Both the position numbers and the translations under genes were made by a program. Below, in pieces: positions 39,001-52,600 of a DNA stretch of 64,000 nt. Source of the DNA: Bugula neritina (lineage: Eukaryota; Animalia; Bryozoa); the NCBI GenBank assembly GCA_964035545.1, contig OZ037767.1, positions 30,148,628 through 30,212,627 of the forward strand, written 5' to 3'. The notes below the pieces were generated by a model. It ran no database searches. It saw nothing but the letters and a program-made list of their open reading frames with translations, and had not been told where the DNA came from. Every line of letters begins with the position of its first letter. Position 1 is the first letter of the stretch.

Positions 39001-42000
39001 GTTTAAAGCTAGGCAGACGTGTGATTAAATTAGTCCAACGCGTCTATGGAATTATGGCACAGACTAATATCTCACCGGAGAAACTTGCAAACCCAGGTGT
39101 GAGAGGATCACCAGCAACACGCTTAGCATTCGATATAACTCGGTCTGTTTCTTTAATGTCAGGGAATTCTTCAGGGTCAGGGTAGAGGACAACTCCTATA
39201 CAGCCCCTTGACACTGCATTCACTATCTGCATGATCACAAACTTACATTATAAAGTACAAGAGCAAAGCATGTAAATGTCAGAAAAAGACTTTTAAATTG
39301 GTTTAAAGTCACTATCCCTGCAAGAACTTCTGATAGGATGGTTTTAAGTGGACTAAGAGCATGGTTTGAGGGCGTTTAAAGTAGCCCAAGAACAACTATA
39401 ACCAATAACCCTACCATGACTTGAACCTATGACCTAGTCCATGAATGTCATATTAAGCCAGCCAGCTCTCTAGCCGCTAGACCATACATAGCTACTCAAG
39501 TATTTAAATGCTAGACCATTATAATGTTATTTGCTTACAGCAATAAGCTTTCTCTGCTGCTTTTTCTACATTGTATTATCTTTGTCAAAATAATGTTTTA
39601 TTGAGCCATTTATATATGAATTTGTATGATAGGAAATGGTTTAATACAAAGTGGGCAGTAATAGGTCAGGTAGGAAATGGCACTGCCTTCTGGCATGTAA
39701 ACTTTAAGGACCTAAGTGATGCTTTTGGTCAATACTGATGTGGGTACATTTAGCTGATATTCTAAGAAAAAGTAAAAGCAGGATATTCGCAGAATAACCA
39801 AGCTAACTGTACACTGACTTTTATCTAAATACCACATGCCTATGGGCCGCTTTAAAGGTGCGGAAACTTATGATTATTTTTATTTTATTATATTGACATA
39901 ACTGACTAGAAGAAAAGTTGTTTGTAGAATTTAAAACCTTACTAGCTCATAAATATTTGAAATATATATATACTAGAAGCTGGTAAAACTAGAGTTGAAA
40001 GTTGATATAATTACGGCACAACCACGTGTAACAATCACCTTATAAAAGGGCCCTAGATGTCCGTATCTCATGTAGCAAATGGTACCATTGTAGTCTATCT
40101 CGTCACTGAAATCAGATTCCCTTCCAAATTCTACATAAACAGGTGGCCCCTAATTGAAAATAATTACATATATAAATAAAGATTAATAAACCAACAGCTA
40201 TTAGCATCATCTATCATTTAGGTATCATTAGAGATCAGCTTTCAATTGACACCAAAATTTCGGCAGACTGATCACACTAGCTCTCTGAATGTGCATACTT
40301 TTGACTGTATGTAGTAGATGGTATACAAAGAGATAGGGTATTGAGTTATGAATTATCAAATCAAGTATTTTCTAATTAGAAGAAAAAGTACGCCATTATG
40401 GCATTTCATTACGGTATAGTTTACCTGTTTGTTGTTGGTACTTGATACAATAGGATTTTATTCAGTAGAGATAAATATGATGAAATAATTAACTTATCTA
40501 TCAACTCAAAGCTGCTATTAAATCATAATCCACAACTCTGGCAAAAATCAATAAATTAATGTGTTTTTGGAGAATAAATCAATTATGAAATATCGTTTCC
40601 TCTAAAAGGTTGTTGATCAGATGACATCTCTAAAATGTGAAGCGCATTGTATGCCAAGTTGGCTTTTAACCAAAGATTCCTTAATCTAACTGATGCATGA
40701 AAACTTTGCCAAGAACTCTTTTGAGTTTGCATATTCTGTTTTTCACTATTCCACCAGCATGCTCATCATATGATAGCAGTATATGAAGACATGCGCACAC
40801 TTTCAGTAGAGTAGACTAACCGACGCAGTGCCAGAGTGTGTGTAGGCGACATACGGCTTCTTGGTGTCAGCGACATCATCTGGAACATTCTCCTCAAACA
40901 GCTCTGGTCCCACCACCTTATAGTTGGCGGAATTATTGGCGGCGGGTCTGGATAGCAGCACCTTTGGCAAAAAAGTATGATGATGATTGGCAAACTACTG
41001 ATGTTAGTTTTATCAAACACTGTGTAGAAAATTATTGCAATTTAAATGAGAAACTTATAAAGATAAGCTAGATTTAGTGAAATTCCTTCTGAAAGAAATT
41101 CAATTTATCACCACTTTGTACACTGACATGTTTCAATTACTTTGCCAGGCTTTGTCATGACTTGTCAGGGATTAAGTATAGTCTTCAACAGTTACAGTAT
41201 CTCATCACCTGACGACCTTATAGTTTGCAGGTTGAAAAATAACAAATATAAGTGAAAAACACAGTGCCTGCTCTCATATATTATACCTTGGAAAATGTGG
41301 TAGATCTCAGTGCTATTTATATATTATACCTTAGAGAATGTTGTAGATCTCAGAGCTATTCCTAGACTTTTGCAGAATTCATTTGAAAGTTCATGAGCTG
41401 AAGTTTCAATGTTTGTGGATCCTGCATGGTAAGTCTTTCCATCACTCACATAGTCACTGTAAATAGTACGTAGTCACTGTAAATAGTACGTAGTCACTGT
41501 ATATAGTACATATAAACTCTCTGACTGAATGTATTTAAACTGCATGGCCCTATGTAGACCGGACAACTACAAAGTGTTATAAACCATTTTTGCAAATATT
41601 TAGGCACACCTCTTAGTACTAAAAGTACATCACACTTACTCTATATACTGCTTAACAGAGGAAGTATTTAAATGTTGGAACAGCTCTTCAAATATTTCTC
41701 CAGAATATCTCTATAAAAGAGTAGAACATTGAATGTATAAACATCTATACTAGCACATAGAACCAACAGCAAACGAAGTGACAGAAGACTTTAGCTTTTT
41801 CTAGAAGAATCTGAAAAGACAATTTTGTCAATTCTCAGAAGCCTATCAAATAAGCTTGTATTAAAATTAATGAGTGGAGCATGCAATTCCTCTGGTATTA
41901 TTGAGTAACAAGTTAGAGGGGCATTAGTTCACCTGATATGGAGGAGGTGGCTCAGAGGTAGTAGTAGTATAAGTGGCAGCAGTAACGGCAGCAGTAGAGG

Positions 42001-42793
42001 CATAGCTTTCTTTATCCTCTAGATGATAAGCTCTTCGTACCAGATAGCCAATAACAAAGCCAAGCACTAAGCATGCTACTGAGACGCCAATGCATATGAC
42101 CAGCCATCTCTGCAGAATAGAATTTACAAATATATTGCACTAGTTCGCGTAGTTTTCTACTGTCAACAACTTCCTACTCAATAATCTACTCTTTTATTAA
42201 AATAACTGTGCTGTGAAACTAATCAGCACTGTGTAACTTGTCATTCAAATATTATATAAAATCCAGGAAATGAAAATTTTGAAGAGATGCACATAGATTT
42301 TATATTGTTTTACATGAATATGACTTTAGCAGATGCATAGTTTAAAAAATAATATTATAGTTGCATAAACGCCCTTCTTAACATAGCCAATTCTGGTAAA
42401 GGCCATTGGCTATGTTAGGAAAGGCATCCAGCCATAATTTCTCCTGTGCCACGACAGAACACAAGTCCTTAGCCCCTTAACAAAAACTGTTCCATTAGGG
42501 GCTCTCGCAGGTATGGTGACTATAAATTCAGGTAAATTTTGTATTCCATGTAAGTTATGATGAAGCAAATTAGCCACTGCACTAATTATTGCTTAAAATA
42601 AAAAAAGAAACGACAAAAATATTGGAACTAAGATGACTCTTCCTGTGGCCTGATAACTGCTTGTACTCACCTTCCAAGAGAAGTTGTAGCAGTAATTAGG
42701 AGCACCTCCTTCCCTGATGCCAATTCTGACATTCTCAGTGGAGGAATCCCACTTGGAGTAGCTGGTAGAATGAGCTTCACTGTCTTCAGACAT
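33062..42793 (-). CDS. Type II membrane M28B family protein (glutamate carboxypeptidase II / NAALADL2 / transferrin-receptor-like), predicted inactive; ~16 exons
   Basis: ATG 42793. TM exon RWLVICIGVSVACLVLGFVIGYLV (41933-42110). YHAGSTN, VLLSRP; PA domain VYVEFGRESDF..GTICYMRYG..GCIGVVLYPDP..GDPLTPGF. Peptidase-fold DPDKMVLVGTRHD..GIVDPTSG, PRRSIVF, ERVVAYV; LLPY; dimerisation domain LRRINDALM..RNLLIG..FPGL. Stop 33062-33064. Confidence 0.85.
36986..37249 (-). repeat. 38/40-bp minisatellite whose unit spans an exon 3' end plus donor of the M28B gene
   Basis: Unit GTAGCACTGACTGGCACCTTGTCACAAG|GTGTGTGTTTAT; first (partial) copy is coding (VALTGTLSQ); six intronic copies. Confidence 0.93.
39410..39493 (-). 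mobile_element. Possible degenerate tRNA-derived SINE head
   Basis: A-box-like TGGTCTAGCGG (39484-39474) and B-box-like GGTTCAAGTC (39427-39418) about 45 nt apart; no clean cloverleaf. Confidence 0.35.
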
Positions 42794-45700
42794 CCTGCTG
42801 TGTCTACCATCAATGTCCTACAACCAGTAGTATGCATAGTCTCAGATCTTTCTTAACATTTGATAAAGGCTGCACTTATTACCTGCCCTACAATTTAACC
42901 TACCTCTGTTAAGTTTCTCTTCTGTAGTTCCTTGCTGCTATCTCCTACTTTTCTGTTTAGCAAGTCCATTGTGGGATGACGCAAGACATTCTAATTTATA
43001 TGATTATTTGTAACACGTTGATGTCCTACTGAAAATCTGTTCTAATGTTCAAGTGAAATGAACAACTTTAGTGCTAAATTAAACTGAGCTGCTAATTACA
43101 TTGGATGAGTATTAAGCTCACACCCATTAAAACTTGTGTTTAGATGGCTATTAGTAGAAGTATAGTATAAGAATTGACTATGAAGAGATCTTATTTCAAC
43201 AGTTTTAATGCCATATATAGCACGTAAATTGTCAAAACTACAATACATGGCTAAATATAAAACAATTTAAAATTTTGACTATAAAAATTGTGAAAATTTG
43301 AAAGAAATGAAAGTTTCAAGTTGGGATTTGTTGTAAGGTAATAACTATAAAGCACTGCTAAAAATTCACACTATATCCAAGCTTTGTACTACACATGTAG
43401 CTATGGTCAGACAAAATAACACAGGGTAGTAGAAGCAGCTATGAAAATCAAAATTGGATGCAAATTCGTATTTAAGACAAGGCTAAATTTGTATTAAAAG
43501 TAAAAACAGTTCAATAATTTATATTAGTAACACTGCATAAGCTATTAGCTAACCCAAGCTAAACTGTTGGCCACATTTCAAGTCTTACTTACCTATGAAA
43601 ATATACTACATGAAAATACACTATATTCAAAAATAAGATAAAAACTTTCATTTCTCAAACTGAGCTTTCAGACAAAAAAGATACAAGAAAACATTTAGAA
43701 GCATATTATAGCAGAAGGCCTGAGTAATATAGAATATTATTGTATTCAAAGTACCATACCATTTTTATAACATTTTCCAGTTTATAATAGTGAGGTAAGA
43801 GAGCCATTTCAAGTTCAAAGAGATTGAGAATAAAAAGCTGTATGCTACTACTTTTCCAGACTGAGACAGTTAAACAGATAGAGAGAGGATGCTATATAAG
43901 CTAATAGTCATCTCCCAAGAGGGCTATCTACTTAGGCTATTTGTATGCAGAAGAACCTTAACAGTATGCAGTGAGGAGAAAGAATATCTTGTGGGCATGT
44001 ATTATTAGAATTAAAAAACCATTTAAATCAGCCTTCACCTATATTAGCTCCTGTTTTACTTTTTAAGCAATGCAAAGTGTATTGTCTTAGTTTATATGAG
44101 CGCACAGGATGTATGATGCCTTCTCCCACACAAAAGGAAAATACATAACCCTACTGGAAGACAATTAGGGATTTTACCAACTATGCTGAAAATATCTCTC
44201 ATGGAAACTGTATATACTATCACCAGACACTTGGCGGTCAAAACTCTCTGTACCAACCACAGTCTAGGGACAAGGGACTGAAGCTAGACTCATTAATTTT
44301 TAAGATTTTTGTTGCTTGTGCAATCAAAATTAGTTGAAAACATGAAAACAGAGCTGCATAGTTTTTTAAAACCTCTCATACTTGTGTTTTATACAAAAAT
44401 TTCAGTTACATAATTTAGTTTGAGCTCCAGTGTTAGACCACTGGGAGGCAGTTTATAGAACACCCTCTATGTTGTTTGAGCTAAAAAATCATTATTGCGT
44501 GAAAAAGTTTTAGAGAAACTAGGTTAATGCGCATACAAAAGGTTGTTCACTGAATGTTGTTTTTGTTGGCCTAATGGTAGCCCTATAAAAGAGTATTGCA
44601 TGACGTATTCAAAAGGTATTGGCTAAATCTAATGCATGAGCCCTCCATTAAAATTCACAGAGATAGCTTTGAAATCAGCAATAAGAATTCGGTTACCCAA
44701 ACAAAAATATAACCTAATTAATAAGGTGAAACCAAAACTCTGAAAATGTCAATATCTGCTGTTAGCTATTGCTTTCAATGGGATGGGGGGGGGGGGGTAT
44801 TATAGAAGCATACACAAAAGACTGGCTCTCAAGCAGATGAAATGAACCCAGAACTCTATAGCAAGCAGACAACATGTTATTCAAACTTCAAAAACTTAAT
44901 ACAATTTGAGTCAATCAATCAAATAGATATTGCACATGTATTCAGGCAAAACTGTACATTTTTCAACAAACCAACATTGTTATTAATTACATAATTGTCA
45001 CCAGTTAGTGTCACATTTATTACCTGGCAACCTAGTCGTATAAATCTTGCAAAAGCATAGCTCTTAATCAGTTTAAGTGGACTTTAGCTTATGTTAGTCT
45101 TATCTTAAAAACCCGGAACTTTTTATGTGATTAATATCTACCAGAGTCAGCCTTTATATTTTAAGTCAGATGGCAGCATTCTAGCTCAACTAGCAGCTGT
45201 GTAGATTAAGTCAGCTATGTTTTCTAAGAAATGTTCTGCTTATTACTGTAGAGCCCTTTCACTGTCCAACTGTATTACTAAAAAAGCTAAAACGATACTC
45301 TGAACAACAAGTGCAAGCATAACATAGCTGGAAAAAAAAGAGTATTTTCAAACAAACAACCATTAAATTCATCACCAGCTCTTGAAACAACCTCCAATAT
45401 GTTTACAAACTTAGAAAGTGTAAAACTCTTTATATTCAAATATTGTGCAGATCTGACAACATTGTTTGATGGTGAATAGAGGACGTAAAAATCAGGGTTT
45501 ATTACAGCATATTAAGCACCATTTGCATTGAGCAAGGAACCAAAGCGTATACCAAAGCATATGCTAATAATGTATAACTCTCAACAAGCTAGCATGCTGT
45601 AACTCAAGCCACAAAGCCAAGTCATTTAAAAGCAATAACCTGAACAAGTGAACAGCAAGTCTTTGAAACATGTGTTTAAAATATTGAACAAGCAGCTTGC

Positions 45701-46865
45701 AAAAGAAAAACACATGTCCTTTTATATAAAAAAAAGAACTTTGTAGACAGTGTATTCATAGTTATGTAATGAAGCAGCCACTGAACGCCTGAGTAGTAAG
45801 TTAGCGATAAGTTTTGTCAGCTTGTCAGCTTATTGAAGTTGCTACTGCAACTTTGAATTTTCTATAACTGGATGACTTTCTACAGAAGCTTATTACGCTG
45901 TGAATTGGGCATTATTTACAGTAATATCCCAGCCGAAACCACACTCCAGCTCATGATAGCACATTCTAGAACGTGCTAGCACCTGATAGAACATGCTAGC
46001 ACCTGAGAGAATATGCTAGCACCTGTTAGAGCATAAAAAACTTGCAGCTCTTCACTAATATTATAAACTGGAAGTGTTTTAGATAAACAATATTGACAAG
46101 TAATATTTGAAGATTGCAGTTAATATTTCTGCTATTGCTTACTAAACAAGTAGAAAAACCTCACCTGTTTCTGGTTGTTATGTAATGCAATTGGTTAGCT
46201 TCCCCAGGCCAAAGTACTGCAGGTAAAGTACCACTGCAGGTTAGTAACAAGTACACACCGAGTGTTGATTTATTGCAATGCTACCATGAGCTAGCCTATG
46301 TCAGATAAACATGCATAAAAAGTGAACAATGTCTATTGTCACACTTGAATAACCCAATGGCTTTGAATGTAAAAGCTCCTGCATGCAAATACACACGTAC
46401 TTGCTTAGAAAAATCAATAATTTTAAAAAGATAACTCCAAATTATCCTTTTCTATTTACGATCACATAATATAATTATGTTTTGCAGGCTCCAATGATGA
46501 TGGTTTAGCAGTTTGCTTGCCTAACCTATTGTGCTGAATTAATAAGGTGCGGACTGTGTATAAGTAAGTTAATCTACTCTGTACATTGTCTAGCTCTGCA
46601 AGGGTTTAGTTTCATATGATTATTGCTGCAACACCACTTACTCACTTGCAACATTACTGCATAGTATCAAAAGTTAGACATGATTATATAAAAATGCAAA
46701 CATACTACCTAGGCAAGTATTAAAATAGTATTACATCAGATTTTATTAGCCAATTTATTTTATATAAAGAATCACAAACAAAAAATTTACAGTGTTTTAT
46801 AAGTCAATGATGTATATACAGGCAGTGTGTGGGTTTGCACGCTATTAGCCTCACACTGTGCTATG

Positions 46866-49629
46866 CTAGCTGATATTCTGGTATGTCAGTAGCTGGTTCT
46901 CCATCTCTAGACACACTCTCTCAATCTCGTAGTTCTTACTCACCAGCCCCACCCAGCTAAAAAGAAATTGAATCTTAATTAATGCAATACGCAAATACAT
47001 AAAACCTTACGTTTGGACTTTATTAGTATCTTATTTAAACCTAAATAATAACTTTAGAATAAACTTTGTGGATAGAAGCTGTATAAAATAAGAGTTGTCC
47101 TTTCAATGACTAAATTCTAAATGGAATACAACTGCATGAAATAACTATAAATTCATTGAACATATAGTGAATATGTCAAGGACCTGTTCATTAAGACCTT
47201 GTCATCAAAAGTTTAGCTCTATTCATTTCAACAGTTGCAATGCTAAGGTAACAAATAACTTTTCATTTTATATAAGATTTACATAACTCCGACAGATAAA
47301 CAATCCATCTATCTATTTATACACAACTTTTCAGCACCAAATATAATGGAAGTTGCCCTTTCAAAGTTTCTGTCAACTGACCTGTCTTCTAAATTTTTCA
47401 ACTTGGTGCCGGCTTCGATTTGCTCATTCTTCCGCTGCCAGTTGATATCTTGTATTTGTTTCCGGACTTCCTGCAGCCGCTGCTGAGAAGTGTTGAGCAG
47501 TTTTACTAGCAAGTCGTTGCTGTTCTTCCAGACGGTAGAGCCGTACTCCTGGAGCAACTCCAGGTTCTGTATCCTGTAGACATTACAGCAACACCATAGC
47601 AGAGAGGAAGTGATGTAGTAAACAGGAAGTGATGTAGTAAACAGGAAGTTATGTAGTAAACAGGAAGTGATGTAGTAAACAGGAAGTGATGTAGCAAACA
47701 GGAAGTGATGTAGTAAACAGGAAGTGATGTAGTAAACAGGAAGTGATGTAGTAAACAGGAAGTCAAACCTAACGAACTCATACCCCATAACTCACAGCTA
47801 CTGAGAGCTATTACACCAAGAAGTTATATAAGTGTGACACAGCAACTGACCTCAGCTTCTGGTGCTCCAGCTGTGCCTCAGAATTGTGTACCGCCTCCAG
47901 CCAGGCCTGCACGTCTGTCATCTTGCCAGTTGCCGGTTGTGGCAATTCACATCTACATACAGAGAAGGCTGACAATGAGTATGATGTTAACTTTACAGGA
48001 GCTCACAACTCTTACATCATACAACATAACAAGGGCAAATACATGAGATATAGATTAGTTGGTATTTTATATGTCACTATCAGAAAATGTCGGCCATAGT
48101 ATGCTAAAGCACAACAAACTAACTGCACCAACAACTTTTTTACCCAAATGAAGAAATTTAATAGCCTTACATTTCAATGGCATAAGTTTTACAACCCTAG
48201 ACAAAAACTGCTGTCTAAACTGCTTAAAATTACCACTATAAGTAACATATCTTCTTACCTTTTCATACTAAGAGTTTCCATGGGCAATCTAGCTTGCATC
48301 CTCTCCCATTCATTTTTCATAACTTCTGTCTACAAGAATACTGATACCTTCTATTTCTGTCCCATCAACAGGCTATTCAGTGCAGGTAAACAACCATGAG
48401 GCAAAATAGGATAAATTATTGAGTGCAGGAAGAAATATATTAATAAATGTAAATAAAAACCTCAAAAGCTTTGTAGTTGGGAGGCTGTATAAATTCCAAA
48501 TAGTTTTTTGTAGGCCGATATCTTCTGGTTTCTTCTTCAATAAGGGCTAATGCCTAATAAATGGCAGCGAACAATGTATTAATATATCAAAAGAGAAAGG
48601 CCGAACACTGCATAAATCTTTATATGTAATTATTATACTTTGATACGCTATATCATTCCTAACAGTAGTAACACTTATTAGCTGATTTAGCTGAATACTT
48701 TCACAAAACACTCCAGTCATTCAAGTTAGTCCAATAGGAGACTAGCAATATTAAAGTTATAATTATATTATATCTAAAGATATAATTGATGGTTTTATTT
48801 CATCAAATTGAATTATAATTAAATTATCATACAATATAGGTTACATACCTTTAAAAATTAACATTTTGCAAACAAAATTTAGAAACAGTAATCATTATAT
48901 TAAAGATAAATTCAAATGATTTGAAATAGTATTATTTAATTATTACTAAATAGTAAATTTAATATTTAATGAATACATATTTATAGCCATAAGTCTAACA
49001 TATTTTTCATAGTTGTAATATTGAAAAATACTAAAAATTAAACTATATACTACCAATATTAGTGTTATTTTATTACCATAAGTATTACTAGTCCTATTAG
49101 TATTACTATTACTATCAGTATTACAAATTGTGATTACTATTACACTTAGTATTAGTAATAATATTACTATTACTATTAGACTTGGTATTAAATTATTGAT
49201 TATTATCATTATTATTATACTTACTTACTAATTGTTAGTATTACTATTAGTAGTAGTACTACATTTACGGTGAAAATGAGTCTAATAGTAATAATATAAT
49301 CATATTTAACTTTATGCCAGTAACTCACTTACACTAACAGTAAGCAAATGTTATTACAAATAATAATAATATGACTATTAGTATTTAAGCTGAAGATCTG
49401 CAATTCAAAATGAATTATATTCATATTGATATTTAATCTGAAAGTGAATCTCATAAGGTAAAATCATAACTCTTGGACATAAGATTAAGACTTAGACTAA
49501 CTCTAAGTCATAAGTGATTAGCTTTAAGTTTAAGTTTAAGTGAAGTCATACCGCTTCTTTGATGCCAGGTTCCTCGTATCCCTGATCAAAATATGGCAAT
49601 GCATCAACAACTACTGCTGCTTCGGACAT
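46866..49629 (-). CDS. BCAS2: Pre-mRNA splicing factor SPF27 / BCAS2, 6 exons (~49552-49629, 48461-48553, 48259-48329, 47851-47955, 47382-47573, 46866-46956)
   Basis: [26 protein letters not shown]|[19 protein letters not shown]..|[24 protein letters not shown]|..[16 protein letters not shown]..|[26 protein letters not shown]..|[15 protein letters not shown]. Confidence 0.96.
47605..47763. repeat. 19-bp minisatellite (GTAAACAGGAAGTGATGTA) x8 in BCAS2 intron 4
   Basis: Directly visible. Confidence 0.95.
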
Positions 49630-52600
49630 TATTATATTTTCTAAAACCAACAAAGTGTTAAAATTGAAAATATCTAATAGTGAAACACTTAAAAATTGGA
49701 ATAAATATTAACAATGACAATTGACAGTTTGAATGAAATGCTATCAATTATCGTACTAAAGTATGAGAAAAGCAGAATAATATTAGCAGCTAAGATAGCC
49801 TAAATTTGTTGATGTGTTGAACCAAAAAGGACATTGGTCACTCAACAGACAGTTCTGAGTCTGTAATATGTTGTGGCCATTTAGGTCGTGTTTAATAAAA
49901 TCATTAGCCTCTAAGCGTTTTAATCAATCGTGTTTGAACACATTGAAACTATTTTTAGCAATGTCCCAAAGTAACGTCGGAAGAATAATGATAATCGCAA
50001 ATGAACTGCCACATAGTTTATTGGAGTCTATGATACTTTCTCTTTGAGTACGACCCCAATCCAGTGGAGGGTCTGGGCCCTTATTTATGTGAATGGCTAT
50101 ACCACACTACGTGACTTTTAAATCAGAATAGTCAGCTACTCACAACACTACCGTAAGGTGAATTCTATTCTTCAAATCACCATTTTATACTGATCTTATA
50201 CAACGTATGTCATCGAAATAGCATGTTATTCAATATTAATATATATTTTTACATTAAATTACAATCATTACATTTACTTTTACTTTTAGTTTTACTTTTA
50301 GTTTTAGTTTTAGTAATTTACTTTAACTTTTACTTTTAGTTTTATTGTTTACTGAAAGTGAACCTGAATCAGAATGGCCATGTTCACAGTGCATATTAAT
50401 GTTGAACTTGAAGTTGATGTTGAATTTGAAGTTGATGTTGAACTTGAAGTTGATGCTCAACTTTATGTTTATGTTATTGTTATAGTTAATCTTATAAATA
50501 TAATAAAGTATAACTTATAGTTAATGTTATTGTATTGGTTAAAAATAAAATTAATTTCAACTTTTAAGTGTTATTAAGTTTAAAATAAGTTTTAAATTAA
50601 TGTTACTTATAGTTATAATTAAATTATATTTATTATAATTATTATTATACTCCATTTTATAATTGCTTTCAAGCGTAACTTTTAACTGTTATTATAATTA
50701 TTATACTATTACTATTGCTATTAGTGTTAGCTACCACCTACTTCAATTTATATTGTATAACTAGTAATAGTATAAATGTAATTGAAACTATAAAGCTTTC
50801 TTCTCTACTTTTGTACCAGTACTTGTAGTATATTTCAGTTACAGCTAAATCCAAGATAAATAAACTTAAACTTAAGGTGCTCAACTTTTTATTAGAAGAA
50901 TACGTTGGTAAACAAACTGAAAGTACTACCTTTTGCAATTGTATGTATTCTATAATTAATTATGTATTATATCTGACTCCGTAATGTTGAATTGAGATTT
51001 AATAAAGTTTAAGTTAGTCTGTCTGCGTGTCATTAGATTAGATCAAATTTTACGAGTCAAGGAGCTCAGGATCTCATTTATATAATTATAAATAAATAGG
51101 TTCAATATATAAAAACAGGTATAAACATTTTTGCGTGTATCATCAATAGTAAACACTGCAAAGCAGCTTATATACTTATAGAAACTATAATAAAAATAGC
51201 AGCTGATGTTTTATAGAAACTATAATAAATGTATCATTTGCAACCATTTTAACTATTCGTAGTTCTAAAGTTAAAGCTAAGATCATAAGATTATATAATA
51301 AAGCTGAAAAAATTCGTTACAACTGCAAAATATTAGTGACAATAACAATAAAAACTAATTTGTTCAGCGCCAGTCATATGAAATTTCAGAGTTGTATTCT
51401 CTATCACATATTTGGCAGCTTCATTCTGTGGGATTCTATTTTAATCAGTAGCAAGCACTTTTTGTGGAGTTGTTGTTTTGAGTTTCTACTTATAGTGTAA
51501 TTGTAGATTAGTTAGCTTTTAGTTTGTTTTTATTACTTTTGAGTTTTTAAACCAACATATATGGTATTATCATTTAGAATTTATTTAAGTAATATCTAAG
51601 GGTTGTTGAGCATGACTGTTGCCCATTGTGTTTAGTTCTCTGTTTAGAAGATGTGCAGGGGCTCTTCTGTATAAATTATAATCATTTTTTCTGAAGTGTA
51701 GCCAACACTGTGGTACCTTGCTTTATGAAATGTAGTTTCCACAATAAATAGTTTTAGTATGCTTTAAAATATATAACCAATGTTAGTTTTTTTTAAATAT
51801 TACCTGATTTTTTTTAAAGTAAAAATTTTACTGATTTGTTTAAGCATTCCCTAACAAGCATTGATATTTGTTTTTTTCCCATTAATTTTATTAGTTTCAT
51901 TTGATTTGCCTTAGAGCGGGTTGATATGCTATGTTCAACTATAATTTGTACTTCTATAATGTAGCATGGCAATAATCACTACTATAATTCACCTAGGAAA
52001 AGTTTTGCAACTGTTTTTCAGAAGCATGTATTTCACTGTTGAATTTGCATAATTTTATATAACTTCTAACGGTGAGATATTCGAGCTTGCACACACTTCT
52101 AATAGGTCAATTTTTACGTGGTTTATACAATCTTCACTCATAAACTCTGCCCTTGTTAAGTTGCCTGCCCCTGCTTAGTTATCAGCCGCGAGAACTTCTG
52201 TTCACCTCATTAAATTATTCAGTGGGCGTGCCCTATCAGCTGTAGTTGTTACGCACTATAAGTTATTGTCGATCGAGTCGCTTGTGGTAGACGTTGGACC
52301 TGGCATTCCAAACCTCTGAATTACAAATAGTAATACTAATACTATCGCTGGAGGATTAGGATATCGTGCTGTGAAAGGGTGTAGTTTTGTCGAATGCTAT
52401 TCCTATAGAGTTTTTGCTACCTGGTAATTAAGCAGTGAGTTTTCAGGATTGTTTTATTTAGAAATTTAGCTAGTCCTTAGGCTTAGATAATTGTAATAGG
52501 CGCAGTGGTAGTGATACTCCTACCGATGCTGATCGTGGTAGCCTAATACTAATAGTAATAGTAAATGTAATACTCGCTAATAGTAATAATAGTTATACTA

